A stretch of 64,000 bases of DNA, from the NCBI RefSeq assembly GCF_009914755.1, contig NC_060940.1; one strand, written 5' to 3'. A program made the translations under genes and the position numbers. This document shows, piece after piece, positions 57,494-64,000 of this stretch. Source of the stretch: the human T2T-CHM13v2.0 reference genome, Homo sapiens. Below the pieces are notes generated by a model. It did not search any database and was not told the origin of the DNA. It worked only from the letters and a program-made list of their open reading frames with translations. Position 1 is the stretch's first letter. Every line of letters starts with the position of its first letter.

Positions 57494-60400
57494 TCATTTG
57501 ATGATGATTCCTTTCAAGTTCATTAGATGATTCCATTCGATTCCATTTGATGATGATCCCATTCGAGTCCATTCAGTGATTCCATTCGTTTCCATTCCAT
57601 GATGATTCCATTCCTTTCCATTCAATGATTCCATTCGATTCCGTTTGATGATGATTTCATTCGAGTCCATTTGATGATTCCATTTGATTCCATTCGATGA
57701 TGATTCCATTCGAGTCCATTCGATGATTCTATTCGAATCCATTTGATGATTTCTTTTGATTATATTTGGTGATGATTCCATTGGAGTCCATTCAATGATT
57801 ACATTCGATTCCAATCGATGATGATTCCATTAGAGTCCATTTAATGATTCCATTTGATTCCAGTCTCTGATGATTACATTCGAGTCCATACGATGATTCC
57901 ACTCAATTCCATATGATGATGATTCCATTTGATTCCATTCGGTGATTCCATTCTATTCTATTCAATGGTGATTCCATTCGAGTACATTAGATGATTCCAT
58001 TCGATTCCATTCAATGATGATTCTATTTGTGTCCCTTAGATGATTCCACATGATTCCATTAGATGATGATACTATTTGAGCCCATCCAATGATTCCCTTC
58101 GATTCCATTCGATGAGGATTCCATTCGATTCAATTCATTGGTGATTCTATTCAATTCAATTCTTTGATTCCATTCCATTCCATTCGACAATGATTCCATT
58201 CGATTTCTTTCGATGATTCCACTCGATTCCACTTGACATTGATTCCATTCGATTCCATTCAATGATTCCATTTGATTCCAGTGGATGATGATTGCCATCA
58301 ATTCCATTCGATCACTCCATTCTATTCCATTTGATGATGATTACATTCGATTCCATTTGATGATTCCATCTGATTCTATTCGAGGATTCCATTTGATTCC
58401 ATTCGATGATGATTCCATTCGAGTCCATTCGATGATTTCATTCGAGTACATCCAATGATTCCATTCGAGTCCATTAGATGATTCCATTTGATTCCATTTG
58501 AAAATGATTCTACTAGAGTCCATTCAATGACTCCATTCGAGTCCATTCAACAATTCCATTCGACTCCATTCGATGATTCCATTCGATTCCATTTGATGGT
58601 TCCATTCGAGTCCATTTAATCATTACAGTCGAGTCCATTTGGTGATTCCACTGGATTTCTTTTGATAATGATACCATTCAATTACATTTGATGATGATCC
58701 CATTCAATTTCATTTGATGATGATTCCATTAGAGTCCATTCGATGATTTCATTCGAGTCCCTTCATTGATTCCATCCGATTTCATTGGATGATGACTCCA
58801 TTCGAGTCCATTCGATGATTCCACTCGATTCCATTAGATGACTCCATTGGAGTCCATTTGATTGTTCCATTCGATTCCATTCGATTCCTTTCGAAGATTA
58901 TTCCATTTGAGTCCATTCGATGATGATTCCATTCCATTCCATTCGATGATTCCGTTTGATTCCATTCGATGATTCCCTTCGATTCCTTTCTTTGATGATT
59001 TCATTCCATTCCATTCAATGATTCCATTCGAATCTATTCCATGATGATTCCTTTCGATTCCATTCGCTGATGTTTCCGTTCAATTCCATTCGATGATGAT
59101 TCCATTCGATTCCATTCATTGAGGATTCCATTTGATTCCATTCAATGATGATTCCATTCTATTCCACTCAATGATTGCATTCAATTCCATACAATGATTA
59201 TCCCATTAGAGTAAACTCAACGATTCCATTCAATACCATTCGATGATGATTCCTTTTGAGTCCATTCAATGATTTCATTCAAGTCCATTTGATGATTCCT
59301 TTCAATTCCATTCTATGATGATTCCATTCGAGTCCATTCGATGATTCCATTCAATTGCATTTGATGATTCCATTATATTCCATTCAACGGTGATTCCATT
59401 CGAGTCCATTCCATGATTCCATTAGAGTACATTTAATGATTGCTTTGTTTTCAATTCGAAGATGATTACATTGGATTCCATTCTATGATACCATTCGATT
59501 CCATTCAATGATGATTCCACTCAAATCCATTGGATGATTCCATTCGTGTCCATTCGGTGATTTCATTAGATTCCATTCGAGGATGATTCCATTCGATTCC
59601 ATTCGATGATTCCATTCAATTCCATTCGATGATGATTCCATTCCAGTCCATATGATCATTCCATTTGATTTCATTCGATGATGATTCCATTCGATTCCAT
59701 TCGACGATTCCATTCTATTCCATTCGATGATGATTCCATTCGAGTCCATTCGATCAATCCATTCGAGTCCATTTAATGATTCCATTGGGTTCAATTCAAT
59801 GATGATTACATTGGATTCCGTTCTATGATTCCATTCAATTCCGTTCATTGACAATTTGATTCCATTCGATGATGATTCCATTTGAGTTCATTCGATGATT
59901 CTATTCGATTCTCTTCGATGGTGATTCAATTCTATTATATTGGATGATTCCATTCGATTCCATTTGATGTTGATTCAATTCGATTCTATTCGATGATGAT
60001 TCCATTGGATTTCACTTGATGATTCTATTCGATTCCATTCAATGATGATTCACTTCTCGTCCATTGGATGATTCCATTTCATTCCATTCGATGATGATTC
60101 CATTCGATTCCATTCGATGATTCCATTTGATTCCATGCGACGGTGAGCAATTCGATTCAATTCCATGATGATTCTATTTGATTCAATTAGATGATGTTTC
60201 CATTCGAATCCATTCCATGATTATTCCATTGGAATCCATTCGGCGATGATTCCATATGAGTCAATTCAATGATGATTCCATATGGGTCCGTTCGATGATA
60301 ATTCCATTTGATTTCATTCGATGCTTCTATTCTATTCCAGTCGATGATGATTCCATTGGAGTCCATACGATGATTCCATTTGATTTCATTTGATGATGAT

Positions 60401-63400
60401 TCCATTCGATGATGATTACATTGGATTCCATTCTATGATTCCATTCAATTCCATTCGTTGATGATTCGATTCCATTCAATGATGATTCCATTTGAGTTCA
60501 TTCGATGATTCTATTCGATTCCGTTCGATGGTGACTCAATTCTATTATACTGGATGATACCAGTCGATTCCATTTGATGATTATTCCATTGGAGTCCATT
60601 TAGTGAATCCTTTAGATTCTACTCGACGATGATTCCATTCGAGTCCATTCGATGATACCATTCAATTCCATTCGTTGATGCTTCCATTCAAGTGCATTCG
60701 ATGATATCATTCGATTCCATTTGATGATAATTCCATTTGATTCCATGCGATGATTCTATTCGATTCCATTCAATGATAATTCCATTCAATTCAGTGATTC
60801 CTCTGGACTCCATTTGATGATGATTCCATTCAATGATTCCATTCGATTCTATTCGAAAATGATTCCATTTGAATCCATTTGATGATGATTCCATTAGATT
60901 CCATTTGATGATTCCATTCGATTCCATTCGACGATGATTCCATTCGATTCCGTTTGATGATTCCATTCTATTCTATTCGATGATGATTCCATTCGATTCC
61001 ATTCGATGATGATTGGATTCGATTCCATTGGATGATTTCATTTGATTCCATTCGTTAATGATTTCGATCAATTCCATTCGATGATTCCATTCGATTCCAT
61101 TCGATAATGATTACATCCGAGTCCATTCGATGATTCCATTTTAGCCTGTTCGATAATTCCATTTGAGTCCAACCAATGATTCCATTCATTTCCATTCAAT
61201 GATTCCATTCGAGTCCATTTGATCATTCCGGTAGGGTCCATTCGATGTTGATTCCATTGGAGTGCATTCGATGATTCCATTCGAGTCCATTTTAGGATTT
61301 GATTCGAGTCCTTTCGATGATTCCATTCGATTCCACTCGATGATGATTTCATTCGAGTCCATTCGACACTTCCAATCGATTCCATTTGATGATTCCATTC
61401 GAGTCCAATTGATGATTCCATTCAATTCCATTCGATGATGATTCCGTACGATACCATTCTGTGATGATTCCATGTGATTGCATTCAATGATGATTCCTTT
61501 CGATTGCATTCGATTATGATTCATTTCGTGTTCATTCTATGGTTCCACAGGTTTCCATTCGTGTCCATTCCATTATTCCATTCTATTCCATTTGATGATG
61601 ATTCCATTCGATTCCATTCATTGGTGATTCCACTCAATTCCATTCAATGATTCCATTCCATTTCTTTCAACAATGATTCCATTAGTTTCTAATCGATGAT
61701 CCACTTGATTCCATTTGACGACGATTCCATTCTTGTCCATTCGATGATTCCATTTGATTCCATATGATGATGATTCCATTCGATTCCATACCATGATGAT
61801 TCCATTCGAGTCCATTCAATGGTGATTCCATTCAATTCCATTCGATGATTCCTTTTGATTCCATTCGATGATGATGGCATTCGATTCCTTTCAATCATTC
61901 CCTTTGATTCCATTCAAAGGTGATTTCATTCAAGTCCATTCGATAATTGCATTCGATTCCATTCTATGATGATTCCATTCGAGTCCATTTGATGATTCCA
62001 TTCAATTCAAGTCAATGATGATTCCATTCGATTCCATTCGATGATTCCATTGGATTCCATTCGATGATGATTCCATTCAAATCCTTTCGATAATTCAATT
62101 CAAGTCCATTCGATGATGATTCCAATCGAATCCATTCAAAGATTCCATTCAGTTCCATTCGATGATTCCCTTAGATTCCATTCGATGATTCCACTTGATT
62201 GCATTTACGATGATTCCATTCGATTCCATGTGATGATTCCATTCAATTCTATTCAATGATGTCTCCATTTGATTCCATTCGACCATGATTGCCTTTGATT
62301 CCATTCAATGATTCCATTCGGTTCCGTTTGATGATGATTCCGTTCGATTCCATTTGATGATTCCATTTGATTCCATTGGATGGGTCCATTCGATTACATT
62401 CGATGATTATTCCATTCGAGTGCATTAGATGATTCCATTCGAGTCCATTCGATGATTCCATTCGATTCCATTCGATGTTGATTCTGTTCAAATCCATTCG
62501 ATGATTCCACTCGATTCCATTCGTTGACTCCATTTGATCCCATTCGATGATTTCCTTTGATTCCCTTTGATGATCATTCCATTTGATTCAATTCGGTGAT
62601 TTCATTTGATTCCATTCAGTGATGTTTCCATTCGACTCCATTCGATGATGATTCCATTCGACTCCATTCGATTATGATTTCATTCAATTCCATTCGATAA
62701 TGATTCCCTGCGAGTCTATTCGATGATTCCATTCGATTCCATTCAACGATGATTTGATTCGTGTCCATTCGATGATTCCATTTGATTCCACTTGATGATG
62801 ATTCCATTCGAGCCCATTTGATGATTCCATTCAATTCCATACTCCGATGATTTCTTTTGAGCCCACTCAATGCTTCCACTCGATTCCATATGATGATGAC
62901 TCCATTCGATGAAATTCGATGATGATTCCATTCGCTTGCTTTCGATGATGATTCCACTTGAGTCCGTTAGAAGATTCTATTCAATTACATTCCATGACGA
63001 TTCCGTTCGAGTCCATTTGATGATTCCATTAGACTCCATTCGACGATGATTCCATTCGATGTTATTCGATGATTCCATTTGATCTCATTCGATGATGATT
63101 CCATTCAACTCCATTCGATGTTTCCATTCGAGTTCATTCTATTATTCCATTAGATTCCATTCGATGATGATTCCATTCGATTCCATTTGATGATTGCATT
63201 CTATTTCATTTGATGATGATTCCATTCGAGTCCACTCGATGATTCCATTCGAGTCCATTTAATGAATCCATTGGTTTCAATTCTATGATGATTACATTGG
63301 ATTCCATTCGTTGATGATTTCATTCGGTTCCATTCAATGATGATTCCATTCAATTCCTTTCAATGTTTCCATTCAATTCCATACGATGATGATTCCATTT

Positions 63401-63605
63401 GATTTGATTCGACAGTGAGCCATTCGATTCAATTCCATGATGATTCTATTTGATTCAATTGGTTGACATTTCCATTCGATTCCATTCGATGATGATTCCC
63501 TTTGATTCCGTTCAAAGATGATTCCATTCTAGCCCATTCAATCATTCCATTCGATTCTATTCAATGATGATTCCATTCATGTCGATTTGGTGATTCCATT
63601 TGACT
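57494..63605 (+). repeat. Unit 10, canonical 6,112 bp
   Basis: Landmarks at 57494 and 63606; internal offsets equal those of unit 1. Confidence 0.92.
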
Positions 63606-64000
63606 TCATTTGATGATGATTCCTTTCAAGTTCATTAGATGATTCCATTCGATTCCATTTGATGATGATCCCATTCGAGTCCATTCAGTGATTCCATTCA
63701 TTTCCATTCCATGATGATTCCATTCCTTTCCATTCAATGATTCCATTCGATTCCGTTTGATGATGATTTCATTCGAGTCCATTTGATGATTCCATTTGAT
63801 TCCATTCGATGATGATTCCATTCGAGTCCATTCGATGATTCTATTCGAATCCATTTGATGATTTCTTTTGATTATATTTGGTGATGATTCCATTGGAGTC
63901 CATTCAATGATTCCATTCTATTCCAATCGATGATGATTCCATTAGAGTCCATTTAATGATTCCATTTGATTCCAGTCTCTGATGATTACATTCGAGTCCA
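63606..64000 (+). repeat. Start of unit 11 (cut by the window edge)
   Basis: Matches 1004-~1398. Confidence 0.9.

Larger units (their letters stand above)
1..64000 (+). repeat. Human satellite II (HSat2, probably the HSat2B subfamily) pericentromeric tandem array with a ~6.1-kb higher-order unit
   Basis: The entire window is degenerate (CATTCGATTC-CATTCGATGAT[GAT]TC)n and CGAGTCCATT monomers of 23/26 bp, rich in TCGA. This is the HSat2 signature, not the simple (CATTC)n/CAACCCGAGT pattern of HSat3. The CATTC strand stays on + throughout, and landmarks recur at 6,112 bp. Confidence 0.97.

Noticed and set aside
589-63893. Numerous minus-strand ORFs of 60-165 aa (MESNGIIEW..., WNHRMD...)
   Set aside because: They are translations of (GAATG/GAATC/ATC)n satellite. 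The minus strand is ATG-rich and stop-poor, the ORFs overlap in several frames, recur with the unit period, and are freely broken by frameshifts and stops between copies. They were used only as positional landmarks.
1-64000. CRISPR-like repeat/spacer array or a prokaryotic defence system
   Set aside because: The 23/26-bp monomers abut directly with no unique spacers, and there are no cas or other genes. The sequence is primate satellite DNA.
1-64000. HSat3, alpha satellite or telomeric repeat
   Set aside because: There are no long perfect (CATTC)n runs or CAACCCGAGT motifs, no 171-bp alphoid sequence or CENP-B box, and no TTAGGG arrays. The GATGAT-containing monomers indicate HSat2.
1-64000. 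Strand inversion within the array
   Set aside because: I saw no GAATG-rich block on the + strand; the orientation is uniform.

Overview
The whole 64 kb window is one uninterrupted, single-orientation block of human-type classical satellite II (HSat2). It is built from CATTC-derived 23/26-bp monomers such as CATTCGATTCCATTCGATGAT(GAT)TC, with CATTC on the + strand. Distinctive landmark sequences recur with an exact 6,112-bp period, which fits the ~6.1-kb HSat2B unit described for the chromosome 16 pericentromere (16q11.2); that location is inferred, not verified. I see no genes, RNA genes, transposons, CRISPR arrays or inversions, and every listed ORF is a translation artefact of the satellite. 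The informative content is structural. Taking the landmark 'gacttcatttgatg' as an arbitrary phase, the ten complete units measure 6112, 6075, 8040, 5931, 5542, 6062, 6112, 6308, 6308 and 6112 bp, and each departure from 6112 traces to specific indels. The main observations are: a ~170-bp satellite segment at ~18.5 kb, found nowhere else in the window, lying between two diverged ~1.8-kb repeats; 3,708-bp and 570-bp deletions with microhomology; a recent tandem duplication of a 6,308-bp variant unit; repeated 170-bp events; mosaic unit lineages; and one DUX4-consensus site per unit. I cannot support a new coding biological system here.
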